Shown one piece after another: positions 1 through 8,391 of a stretch of 32,000 nucleotides of DNA; the stretch's first letter is position 1; every line of letters starts with the position of its first letter. The translations under genes were made by a program, and so were the position numbers. The notes beneath the pieces are model-generated. The model was not told where the DNA came from, ran no database searches, and saw only the letters and a list, made by a program, of their open reading frames with translations. Source of the stretch: Promethearchaeota archaeon. Its GTDB lineage: Archaea; Asgardarchaeota; Lokiarchaeia; Sigyniarchaeales; Promethearchaeaceae. Location: contig JAFGBS010000034.1 in NCBI GenBank assembly GCA_016933055.1, forward strand, positions 1-32,000. Reading direction: 5' to 3'.

Positions 1-690
1 ACCCTAGGGTAAAACGCAAAAGAGAGGGTGAAAAAACCCGAAAACCTGCAAAAGTTGAGAGAAAAAGGGAGTCCCCTGATCGGGGGGAAGGGTGCCGATC
101 ACAGGGACGGGGGCAGTTTGTTCGAAACCACCAAGGAGAAAGAGGAAGGTAGGGTATATAAGATCTGTTTATACCGGGGTATAAAACAACAAATGTTGTT
201 TCACAAAAACGTTTGTTTCTCAACTGAACAACAAACGTTTCTCATTGGGAGATTTTTCCTATCCAAGAAAAAACTATACTATTTTTTAAAAATTGATCCC
301 TTTTTTATTCGGTTACAAGCAATTTAAAACAAGGAGTAAAAAAAGTGTGTTATTTTTATTACTCCCTTCTCCAAAACATAGGCGAAAAAATAATTGGGGA
401 GAGGGTAGTATAGTTTGCATAGTTTTTTTTTTTTTATTATACATATATTTTCTCTTTTCTTTTTTTGTTTTCTCTTTTCTTTTTTTATAACCATATTTTT
501 TTCAAAAGTATGCAAACTATACTATTATTTCTCCTTTAAACCTACACATAAAGATTTTAGAGATCATTGAGTATACTATTTTTCTTTAAAAAAAACATCT
601 CCATTAAATTAAACTCTACAGTGATTAAATTAACCTCAAAAAAAAAAATAGTATACTTTTTTGGATAGTGTCAATAAAACTCATAAAATC
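1..690. repeat. Non-coding, repeat- and palindrome-rich region (candidate replication origin or element end)
   Basis: Hairpin 71-108; palindromes 168-185 and 184-201; IR 207-217/230-240; IR 333-339/359-365; perfect 16-bp IR 406-421/509-524 around a T-rich tract; tandem pairs 448-466/468-486 and 603-616/624-637. ORFs here translate as low-complexity K/F runs. Confidence 0.7.
151..187 (+). repeat. Copy 1 of 37-bp imperfect direct repeat with TTTATAC-N4-GTATAAA palindromic core
   Basis: agggtatataagatctg-tttatac-cggg-gtataaaac; 27/37 identical to 2753-2789 without gaps (manual count). Confidence 0.75.
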
Positions 691-704
691 CGACAAAACA
701 CCAA

Positions 705-2366
705 CTACTCATCCATGAATTCCATATAATCATCTAGATCTTTCCCGGTTGGATCGGGAGCATCACAAGTTGGATCTGATCCGTTTGGTTTTAAGGCTAA
801 TCCAACATAACAAGATTCTTGGTTTCCCCCACGAATTAATCTTTTCCGAGCTTTATTATATCCCAATGGGGACAATTGTTGGGTTAATTTGGTTTTTGTA
901 ACAGGCGGTTTATTTTGAGTTTTCAACCATTGGATATATGCTAGATAAAAATCATCACTTCTCACTTTTTCTTTTACCCCTGTAACACAATGAGCGTCAA
1001 TGAAATCATTGACTAATTCGGATTTAGATAACCAAAAATCTTTCACTTCGATCCAATTGTAATACTTATCATCAAATTTCCCATTTTTCATTAGGGTTTG
1101 GAGTCCGGCAATACATTCATTAAGGAACCCCGACAATTCTTCCTTTGTAGTTATTTTCTCCAACATTTTCTCGTCCCCCTTCTCTGAAAAATCATTTGAA
1201 CATTCCAAAATAATCCATTTTCTCCAAAACCCTTTATCCGTATCTTCCGGGACTTCTGGCATTTTAGTGTTACAAGAAAACACCAATTTTGCAGTTGGTT
1301 TAATTTGATAGCTTTGAATATGTTTAGGATCAACTAATATTCGTGATTCATTTCCAACATACTGCTTAAAATTTCGAATTGAGATTTTATAGGTTGCATC
1401 AATATCAGAACAATATACCAAAGTTTTATCCTCTAAGGAAGCGGATTTATGTCCTTTTCCAAAATCCTTCAAGTCCATATTAACGGAATTTTCTTCACCA
1501 ACCATTGCAAATTGGAGAGAAATAAAAGTTGTTTTTCCATTGTGTCCATCCCCATAAAGCATGAACGCTTTTTGGTAGATCATTAAATCTGTTAGACACA
1601 ATCCACAAAATTGACGTAATACGGTTTGATCCTCTTTTTTGAATACTTCGGATAGAAACTTATCGATCTTTGGACATTTGGCTTTTGGATCATATATCAT
1701 GGGAATTCTTTTCGTATGCAGTTTTTCCGGTGTGTGTTTTTCAAACTTACCTGTTGAAAGGTTCAAAATTCCGTTTTCCAAATTGATTTCTTCTGAATTG
1801 ACATTAAACTCAGAATCTTCCGTTTGGGTTTCTCTTTTAATTGAATCGAAAATGTCCTCAATGGAATTCTTAGTATCCTTTAAATCGTAAAAATCCATCC
1901 ATTCCCCAATTTGTTTTTTAATCATATTATCTAAAAACGGTTGCCAATATTCGTCTTTGTAAACATACGTTGTTGTTGCTATCGATCCTTTTCGCAATCG
2001 TGTTCTTATCTGTAAATCTTCTAATACTATCTCTTTAAAATTACGATTAAATAACTCCTTTGGAGTATTCTCTGGATCAAATTCTAAGGCTTTCATGTTT
2101 GGAGAAATTGTATGTACGCAACAGTCAAACGCATGCACAAGTTTTTTTCTTTGAATGGGTGTTAGAAGAGAGTTTTGCATGTCTAGCTCGTCTTGGGAGA
2201 GCAACTCCCGAAACTTTTCCGGCTCAAACTCAACGTCTTTTAAGCATGAAAACTCGTTCGCCTGCCGGTGTGTCTGCCCACTATCTCCCCATAACATCGT
2301 ATAGTCTGCCTTCGCAAGGAGACATGCGTTTTCCAAATATTCGAAACAACTGATTTTGTGTTGCAT
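705..2366 (-). CDS. Phage/plasmid D5-family (P4 primase-type) superfamily 3 helicase, no recognisable primase catalytic domain
   Basis: D5_N-like segment INLENGILNLSTGKFEKHTPEKLHTKRIPMIYDPKAKCPK; Walker A LYGDGHNGKTT; Walker B region LVYCSDID; motif C LVFSCN; C-terminal wHTH-like segment (FYLAYIQWLK...KLTQQLSPLGY). SD-like AAGGA precedes the ATG. Confidence 0.88.
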   Translation of the reverse strand: MQHKISCFEYLENACLLAKADYTMLWGDSGQTHRQANEFSCLKDVEFEPEKFRELLSQDELDMQNSLLTPIQRKKLVHAFDCCVHTISPNMKALEFDPENTPKELFNRNFKEIVLEDLQIRTRLRKGSIATTTYVYKDEYWQPFLDNMIKKQIGEWMDFYDLKDTKNSIEDIFDSIKRETQTEDSEFNVNSEEINLENGILNLSTGKFEKHTPEKLHTKRIPMIYDPKAKCPKIDKFLSEVFKKEDQTVLRQFCGLCLTDLMIYQKAFMLYGDGHNGKTTFISLQFAMVGEENSVNMDLKDFGKGHKSASLEDKTLVYCSDIDATYKISIRNFKQYVGNESRILVDPKHIQSYQIKPTAKLVFSCNTKMPEVPEDTDKGFWRKWIILECSNDFSEKGDEKMLEKITTKEELSGFLNECIAGLQTLMKNGKFDDKYYNWIEVKDFWLSKSELVNDFIDAHCVTGVKEKVRSDDFYLAYIQWLKTQNKPPVTKTKLTQQLSPLGYNKARKRLIRGGNQESCYVGLALKPNGSDPTCDAPDPTGKDLDDYMEFMDE

Positions 2367-2387
2367 GGTGTCCTTCCCCGGTTCAGT

Positions 2388-2507
2388 TTATGCAGAACGC
2401 CGACGTTCAAGATCGTCCAAAACTTCCAGTTTTGCGATGTCTCTATCGTTTTCACGTTCGAGTTCATTAATCGCGTGTTGAAGTTTTGTCCGTTCGTTTT
2501 TATGCAT
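2388..2507 (-). CDS. 39-aa charged, probably helical protein (not in ORF track)
   Basis: Manual translation MHKNERTKLQHAINELERENDRDIAKLEVLDDLERRRSA*. ATG overlaps the end of the wHTH gene, AGGA lies upstream, and it fills the gap to the helicase RBS. Confidence 0.6.
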   Translation of the reverse strand: MHKNERTKLQHAINELERENDRDIAKLEVLDDLERRRSA

Positions 2508-2709
2508 GACGTCCTTTCCTCTTTTTCATGAAAGTTCGACTTCCGGAGATCATCATGATTTCTGCTTCTCCTTCGATTACTAATCGAAGAAGGTGTCGTT
2601 CTGCTGAGCAATACGCAAGACCGCTCTCGTTGGCGAACCAAGTGATCGATTGGGGTAACTCACTTAGTAGGTTTTTTATTTTTTTATTCACTTCAAACAT
2701 TCTGGGCAC
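2500..2709 (-). CDS. Small winged helix-turn-helix DNA-binding protein (start GTG 2709 or ATG 2700)
   Basis: ITWFANESGLAYCSAERHLLRLVIEGEAE has an HTH-wing pattern; first gene of the helicase operon. Confidence 0.7.
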   Translation of the reverse strand: MPRMFEVNKKIKNLLSELPQSITWFANESGLAYCSAERHLLRLVIEGEAEIMMISGSRTFMKKRKGRHA

Positions 2710-2752
2710 TTTTTTTTACCTTCAAATCGGTTTACATAAAGAAAATCAACAA

Positions 2753-2789
2753 GGGGTATTTAAGGGTTCTTTATACGCCCGTATAAAAC
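2753..2789 (+). repeat. Copy 2 of 37-bp imperfect direct repeat, followed by hairpin AAAACC-GGG-GGTTTT (2785-2799) and palindrome TAGCCGGCTA (2804-2813)
   Basis: ggggtatttaagggttc-tttatac-gccc-gtataaaac, directly upstream of the wHTH gene. Confidence 0.75.
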
Positions 2790-3249
2790 CGGGGGTTTTT
2801 TCCTAGCCGGCTAACAAACCGGAAGAATCCATAAGGTTTTTCTTAGTCTCCAAGCGTGGTTATCACGGTTTTCTTATTTTTCTGAGAAAATGAGGAGTCT
2901 TTCGGATCGGGATCTCCATGTCTTTTCCCTTAGTTCAAAAATCCGATCTGAAATTTTCTTAAAACTACCCATATAGAGAGGAGAAAGAAAGAAAATCTTA
3001 GGGTTTCCATAGTTTAAATAATATGGATTTTAGAATCAAATCCCTATTTTACGAACTTTTCGTCGAAAATACTGAAGATAACAGGATTTTTAGACATGAA
3101 TATCTCTCTGATGTATCATATTAAGTTCCCCTTTTCAGTCTCCCTCTTTTCGTTTAAAACGCAAATTTCTGTGTGTACCATCGTGAATTACATAATCTTA
3201 GAATGCATGTCTAATTATGAATATGACAGATTCGTGATTAGAGCGGATA

Positions 3250-3836
3250 TCAGCAAATCCAAACGTGTGTCACGGAAAAGTTTGTATCCGTCCAGGATAA
3301 AGTAAATATCCCATCAAGATCGGAACTTTGTGCATCTGAGGACAAGTTAAAAGCACCAGGATTGAGATCCGCGACTATTTCCATACAATTCGATAATTTC
3401 TGCCCAAAGTCATTATTTCCAGTCACTACGTAATAATAGGTATCAGGTACGTAATCAGTAATTTCGTAGCTTAAAACCAATGAATTCTCAATTAATAAGG
3501 TCAGACTTCCGTTACTTTCCGTAATGGGGCCTGAGAATTGATAGAACGAATAATTGTTTGCTTGATATTCAGAAGTCCAATTTAAGATAAAAATTCCATC
3601 CCTATCTGGTGCATCGGCAGTAGAAGTTAAGACGAATTTACATCAAGAGGATCATATCCTCCATCAGTAATGATCCAATCATAAGTACCCGTTAATATTT
3701 CTCTTCCAGGGAGTCCGACACTACTATATTTTGTGTATCCTCCATGGAAATTTACTCCAGGTCGCAATGATAACTGAGACCATCCCAACAATGTTTGATT
3801 GGAAAATATAATATACAATCCCGTGATGGACTTCAC
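3250..3836 (-). pseudogene. Fragmented secreted/surface protein with Loki-type fibronectin-III-like repeats
   Basis: The 3250-3480 frame extends upstream to 3642 as KFVLTSTADAPDRDGIFILNWTS...YYYVVTGNNDFGQKLSNC, then a second repeat PGAFNLSSDAQSSDLDGIFTLSWTD breaks off near 3285. It joins the 3627-3836 frame only through a frameshift near 3640, and further stops lie upstream of 3864. Confidence 0.7.
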
Positions 3837-4044
3837 GTTACATGTATGGTCTCGAATAATATCTCAGAAATTATAAGCTTTGATTCGGATTCCGATAAAA
3901 TTGAGGAATTTTCAAGGGTTATTCTCGAGTAATCACATATTAGCAGAAAATTTTATGGGATAAACAGATGCGAAATTTGTTTCATACATCAATATCTGTT
4001 GTGTAATTTAAATCATTTCTCCTCACTCAACACATGTAGAAGGA

Positions 4045-4078
4045 GTAACAGTATAGTCCGAATAGGTAACAGTATAGT
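4045..4078 (+). repeat. 13-bp direct repeat GTAACAGTATAGT x2, 21-bp period
   Basis: Exact copies at 4045-4057 and 4066-4078; GC-rich hairpin TCCGTGC/GCACGGA at 4088-4110 follows. Confidence 0.85.
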
Positions 4079-4188
4079 GTTAAACGGTCCGTGCGGGTAG
4101 GTAGCACGGATAAAGGTTCGTATCCATAGAATCAAAAATGGAATTAGAAGCAGAGTATCACTTCACAGATGTTGACTACTAATATCCC

Positions 4189-5172
4189 TTATTCCAGTGC
4201 TATATTTTTTAAAACGTCTTTAATTTTTTCTGCTGATTTTTTTAGAGCGATTTGCTCAGAACTATTGAGTTCTAGACGAATCATGCTTCTAACCCCTTCA
4301 TGATTGATAATAGCAGGTATACTCAAATAAACATCTTCTAAACCAAGATAATCACTAATCAGAGAAGAAACGGGTAATATGGAATTCTCATCTTTCAAAA
4401 TTGCACGGGTGATTCGAGTAAGTGCAATTCCTATCCCATAGGAACTTTCACCTTTACGGTTAATTATCTCATAGGCAGCATTTCGAACTTGGTTGACTAT
4501 TTCGTCATACTCTAACTTATGATCTTCACAATCATGGTGATCTTGATGTCGTTCACACACTGGGCAATAATCTTTTAACAATACTCCTCCTATAGAGACA
4601 CTCGACCATGCTGCAAACTCACTATCACCATGCTCACCTAAAATATATCCGTGAACATTCGCGGGATCAACACTGCAATAAGTACCCAATATATATCGGA
4701 AGCGCGCAGAATCCAATACAGTTCCGGAACCGATAACTTCATGAGCGGGTTTTTTAGTCAATTGATGTGCAATTCTAAATGCAATATACGATAATATGTC
4801 TACAGGATTGGTCACAACCACTAAAATAGCTTTAGGTGCATATTCCATAATCTCCGGGATGATTTTTTTGTACAATTCTGCATTTGTTTTAACTAAATCC
4901 AAGCGATTTTGACCTGGTTTTTGACTAATTCCTGCAGTAATCACAATAAGGTCGGAACCATAAATATTAGGATAGTCTCCTGCTGACAATTTTACTGGAG
5001 AATAAAATGGAATCCCATGTGAAAGGTCCATTACTTCTCCTTCGACACGTTCCTTATCAATATCCACGATAACGATCTCGCGGGTGAGATTTTTAATCAA
5101 CATTGCGTACGCATACCGAATCCCAACATTTCCACCCCCAATGATGGATATTTTACTGGTTGTTTTACGCAT
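4189..5172 (-). CDS. ldh: L-lactate dehydrogenase
   Basis: Rossmann IIGGGNVG; ITAGISQKPGQNRLDL with the LDH-type specificity Gln; VTNPVD, GTVLDSARFR, GEHGDS. ATG at 5172 preferred over TTG 5178. Confidence 0.92.
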   Translation of the reverse strand: MRKTTSKISIIGGGNVGIRYAYAMLIKNLTREIVIVDIDKERVEGEVMDLSHGIPFYSPVKLSAGDYPNIYGSDLIVITAGISQKPGQNRLDLVKTNAELYKKIIPEIMEYAPKAILVVVTNPVDILSYIAFRIAHQLTKKPAHEVIGSGTVLDSARFRYILGTYCSVDPANVHGYILGEHGDSEFAAWSSVSIGGVLLKDYCPVCERHQDHHDCEDHKLEYDEIVNQVRNAAYEIINRKGESSYGIGIALTRITRAILKDENSILPVSSLISDYLGLEDVYLSIPAIINHEGVRSMIRLELNSSEQIALKKSAEKIKDVLKNIALE

Positions 5173-5287
5173 TTCCAAAACTCTTTTGATGAAAGCTAGT
5201 TCATGGGACTATATGAGTATCTTTCTTAATTCTCATAAAACACGAATAAGCACAAGTTTTTTCTGAGTACACGTTCACATTTTTAAT

Positions 5288-6115
5288 ATGAAAAAAGTCT
5301 TAACCATAGCTGGTTCTGATTCGGGCGGGGGGGCAGGAATCCAGGCAGATTTGAAAACTTTTTCGGCTCGAGGAGTGTTTGGAATGTCAGCAATTACTGC
5401 ATTAACTGCCCAAAATACCGTTGGAGTTCAAGGTGTATATGAGATCGACGCATCGTTTGTGGAAAAACAAATTGATTCTGTTATGACGGATATTAAGGCA
5501 GATGCGTGGAAAACGGGGATGTTAGCAAACGCACAAATTGTTGAAATTGTTGCCAAATGTGCAAGAAAATATAACATTCATAATTTAATAGTAGATCCGG
5601 TTATGCTCGCACGCAGTGGGGATCCATTGCTGAAACTTGATGCTGTTGAAATTTACAAAACTGATCTATTTCCCTTGACTCTCATTTTGACACCAAACCG
5701 GGAAGAAGCAGAATATTTGTCAAAACAGCCTATTAAAAGCATCGAGGACACCGAAAGAGTTGCTAAGATTCTTTACGAGATGGGACCGAAAAATATATTA
5801 ATCAAGGGGGGCCATATTGAAACAGTTAATGAAGCGATAGATGTCTTATATGACGGAAAACAATTTACATATTTCCATGCGGAACGAATTAACACACACA
5901 ATACTCACGGTACGGGATGTACCTATGCAAGTGCTATTGCGGCAGAAGTAGCAAAAGGTCAAAATATCAAGGAAGCAATTCATATTGCAAAATCCTATAT
6001 TACTGCTGCAATCATTTACGCAGATAAACTACAAATTGGGAAAGGATATGGCCCAACTAATCATTTCCAAGGAACAGTAGTTCCTGTTAATCTCAATTTA
6101 GTAACTAGTAAGTAA
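5288..6115 (+). CDS. thiD: Hydroxymethylpyrimidine/phosphomethylpyrimidine kinase
   Basis: [52 protein letters not shown]. Confidence 0.96.
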   Translation: MKKVLTIAGSDSGGGAGIQADLKTFSARGVFGMSAITALTAQNTVGVQGVYEIDASFVEKQIDSVMTDIKADAWKTGMLANAQIVEIVAKCARKYNIHNLIVDPVMLARSGDPLLKLDAVEIYKTDLFPLTLILTPNREEAEYLSKQPIKSIEDTERVAKILYEMGPKNILIKGGHIETVNEAIDVLYDGKQFTYFHAERINTHNTHGTGCTYASAIAAEVAKGQNIKEAIHIAKSYITAAIIYADKLQIGKGYGPTNHFQGTVVPVNLNLVTSK

Positions 6116-6137
6116 AAAAAGGAGAATTTATTAGTTT

Positions 6138-6827
6138 TTATCGAACTTTTTCCACGAGAGTCGTACTCAAAAGTTCGTCAATTGCTTTTCTCTTTTTCCT
6201 TACGAATGGCACAGTGTGAAACTCTAAAACATTGTCTGGTTGGACAAAAACTTTAATCATGCCAGCACCTATAGTAATATATTCGAATATGTCGATTATT
6301 TCCATGTAAATTTTCACAGGACCCGTGGGATACCGGTTAGCTTTTCCAGTTGCCAATCCACGCACGTAAATCTCGTTTTTTTCTATTTTTACGAATCGGA
6401 ATTGCGCTACAACGATGGCTGCTACAATAATTAATCCGAATATGAATACCATCCAACCATAAAAATGACTAGCTAACGGAAAATCAAAAAATGGTCGGAT
6501 ACTAGTCCACCAAGCGAATAGATTTATCACTCCTCCAATATCAAGTAAAATTAGAGTTAATCCAATTATTATAAAAGATAAGAAGAGTAGAAAGAATTTC
6601 ACAGTCGGAAAATTAAAACCTACTGTAACTGTATTGAATAAAAATACGAAAACCCAAATTATCGCTAAAACATCACTGGGGGGTATAAACAATTGAATTA
6701 TTAATGCAATTACGCTGTAGATTAATAAAGGATAATACAAAATAACTTTGGAGTAATCCTTTAAAAACACTTTTGTTGGTTCAGACATTCTCTTATTTTT
6801 AGTTTTTTTTTTTATATTTCTTGACAT
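6138..6827 (-). CDS. Membrane protein of unknown function (about 4 TM helices plus soluble C-terminal domain)
   Basis: 229-aa ORF with four long hydrophobic stretches followed by a beta-rich tail. Confidence 0.75.
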   Translation of the reverse strand: MSRNIKKKTKNKRMSEPTKVFLKDYSKVILYYPLLIYSVIALIIQLFIPPSDVLAIIWVFVFLFNTVTVGFNFPTVKFFLLFLSFIIIGLTLILLDIGGVINLFAWWTSIRPFFDFPLASHFYGWMVFIFGLIIVAAIVVAQFRFVKIEKNEIYVRGLATGKANRYPTGPVKIYMEIIDIFEYITIGAGMIKVFVQPDNVLEFHTVPFVRKKRKAIDELLSTTLVEKVR

Positions 6828-7222
6828 ATTTATAATAAAATTTGAGATCTTTTTAGTATTAGGTATATTTTTTATAATATATATACTACTTCTTGCTTCC
6901 GACTAGTGGAATTATTAGAAAAAGGGAATTTGGCAATAGAAAGCCGAAGATCTCTGTCATTTTATAACCTATTCATATACAAGTAATTGGATTATGGGCA
7001 GATTGCCTTAAGATTACACTAATTTGTATACAACACTTTTTAAAATCGCTAAAACATGATATTTCCTTAATTTCCCTTCTTTTATTAAAGGTGTATAAAA
7101 GAAAGGTACAGTTCTTAATTGTATAGTCTATTAAAATCCTAAACAAAAGCATCAGAGATTATAACGATTGATCTCAATTGAACTATCCTAAAAATTTTAA
7201 TAGATTTTGGGAGATTTTAGTA

Positions 7223-8380
7223 ATGAAGTTAATGGATAACAAAAACAGAATTCTTGATTGCCATATACATTACTCACTTCCAGTTACACCTTACGAACTG
7301 TTTGATATAATGGATCATACAAAAACCAACATGGCAAATTTGGTAATTGTACCCGATAGGCAACGTATTTCCTCCGTTCCTGAAGCGTTGATGGTGAAAT
7401 ATCTAAATCCTAATAAAATCTTTGTGTTTGCTTGTTTAGACGTTACTCAGTATTTCATGCACAAAAATTCTGTAGGTAAACATTTTGTAAAATACGTGAA
7501 AAGAATGTTGAAATGTGGGTGCGACGGGATCAAAATGATTGAAGGAAAACCAGACTTGCGACGAACCGTACCCATTCCTGATTTTGATCTCCCGGTATGG
7601 GACCCGTTTTGGGCATTCGCGGAAGCTGTCGGCCTTCCAATTTTATGGCATGTTAATGATCCCGAGGAATTTTGGGATAAATCTAAAATTCCAACTTGGG
7701 CGAAAGACCGAGGATGGTTCTATGGAGAAGATACAATCAATAATGAGGATCAATATCGACAAGTTCTCACCGTGTTAAAAAGACACCCCCGATTAAAACT
7801 CATTTTTGCTCATTTTTTCTTTATGTCCGCACAACTCGAGCGATTATCTAAGATTTTTGACGAATACCCAAATGTGTGTGTCGATTTAACTCCTGGGATC
7901 GAAATGTACATAAATTTTTCGAACAACATCAGCGAAGTTACACGTTTTTTTGAAAGGTTCCAATCTCGAATATTATATGGTACTGATATTGGAGCAAGAA
8001 TAGTGTTATCAGAAGGTTTTGACTTAAATGAAACAAAATCAGAAAGTTTGAATCGGTCCAATTTAGTTCGAACATTTTTGACGAAATCAGGTCAATACAC
8101 AATACAATCGGACGGAAATTTTTTAATTGGAGTTGAAGATTTTCAGTTACCCGCATTAAATTTACCATTAGAAGTTTGCCAAAAAATCTTTTATGGTAAC
8201 TTCATTCGACTTGTGAGCGAAAAACCTAAGCAAGTTAATTCAGAAATGGTAATCAAAGAATGTAAGAAGATCAAATTCATGATTCGAATCATGTCGTTAC
8301 TTAAGTTGATCAAAAACCCAGATTATTCCTATGCAAATCAAGTCATCGATTTCTTTAAAAACAAAAAAAAGGAGTATTAA
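7223..8380 (+). CDS. Amidohydrolase superfamily (amidohydro_2-like) metalloenzyme
   Basis: DCHIH (HxH), GIKMIEGK, LWHVND, FAHFF, YGTDI metal-ligand pattern. ATG 7223 preferred over TTG 7178. Confidence 0.85.
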   Translation: MKLMDNKNRILDCHIHYSLPVTPYELFDIMDHTKTNMANLVIVPDRQRISSVPEALMVKYLNPNKIFVFACLDVTQYFMHKNSVGKHFVKYVKRMLKCGCDGIKMIEGKPDLRRTVPIPDFDLPVWDPFWAFAEAVGLPILWHVNDPEEFWDKSKIPTWAKDRGWFYGEDTINNEDQYRQVLTVLKRHPRLKLIFAHFFFMSAQLERLSKIFDEYPNVCVDLTPGIEMYINFSNNISEVTRFFERFQSRILYGTDIGARIVLSEGFDLNETKSESLNRSNLVRTFLTKSGQYTIQSDGNFLIGVEDFQLPALNLPLEVCQKIFYGNFIRLVSEKPKQVNSEMVIKECKKIKFMIRIMSLLKLIKNPDYSYANQVIDFFKNKKKEY

Positions 8381-8391
8381 AAGATATAAAA

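Larger units (their letters stand above)
1..2830. mobile_element. Probable part of an integrated plasmid/provirus-like element (replication module); left part probably continues outside the window, boundaries uncertain
   Basis: D5/P4-type SF3 helicase operon with an upstream wHTH gene, flanked by a 37-bp imperfect direct repeat (151-187, 2753-2789) and palindrome-rich non-coding DNA. No integrase, tRNA or capsid gene is visible in the window. Confidence 0.6.

Noticed and set aside
168-185. Palindrome as an archaeal Xer dif site
   Set aside because: Recalled archaeal dif sites have TATAA-N6-TTATA inner arms within ~11-bp arms. Here the orientation is reversed and the arms are shorter.
28-515. 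ORFs 28-327, 293-490 and 324-515
   Set aside because: Translations are K/F-rich by-products of homopolymer and inverted-repeat DNA, mutually overlapping, with no recognisable motif.
2240-2806. ORFs 2240-2641 (-), 2528-2806 (+), 2060-2353 (+)
   Set aside because: They overlap the better-supported wHTH, 39-aa and helicase genes in other frames or strands.
3096-3305. 69-aa + strand ORF
   Set aside because: No motif, and it overlaps the antisense Fn3 remnant.
4115-4125. GGTTCGTATCC and GTTCGAAAC (120-128) as tRNA T-loops / attachment sites
   Set aside because: No 5-bp T-stem, acceptor stem or anticodon arm can be built around either.
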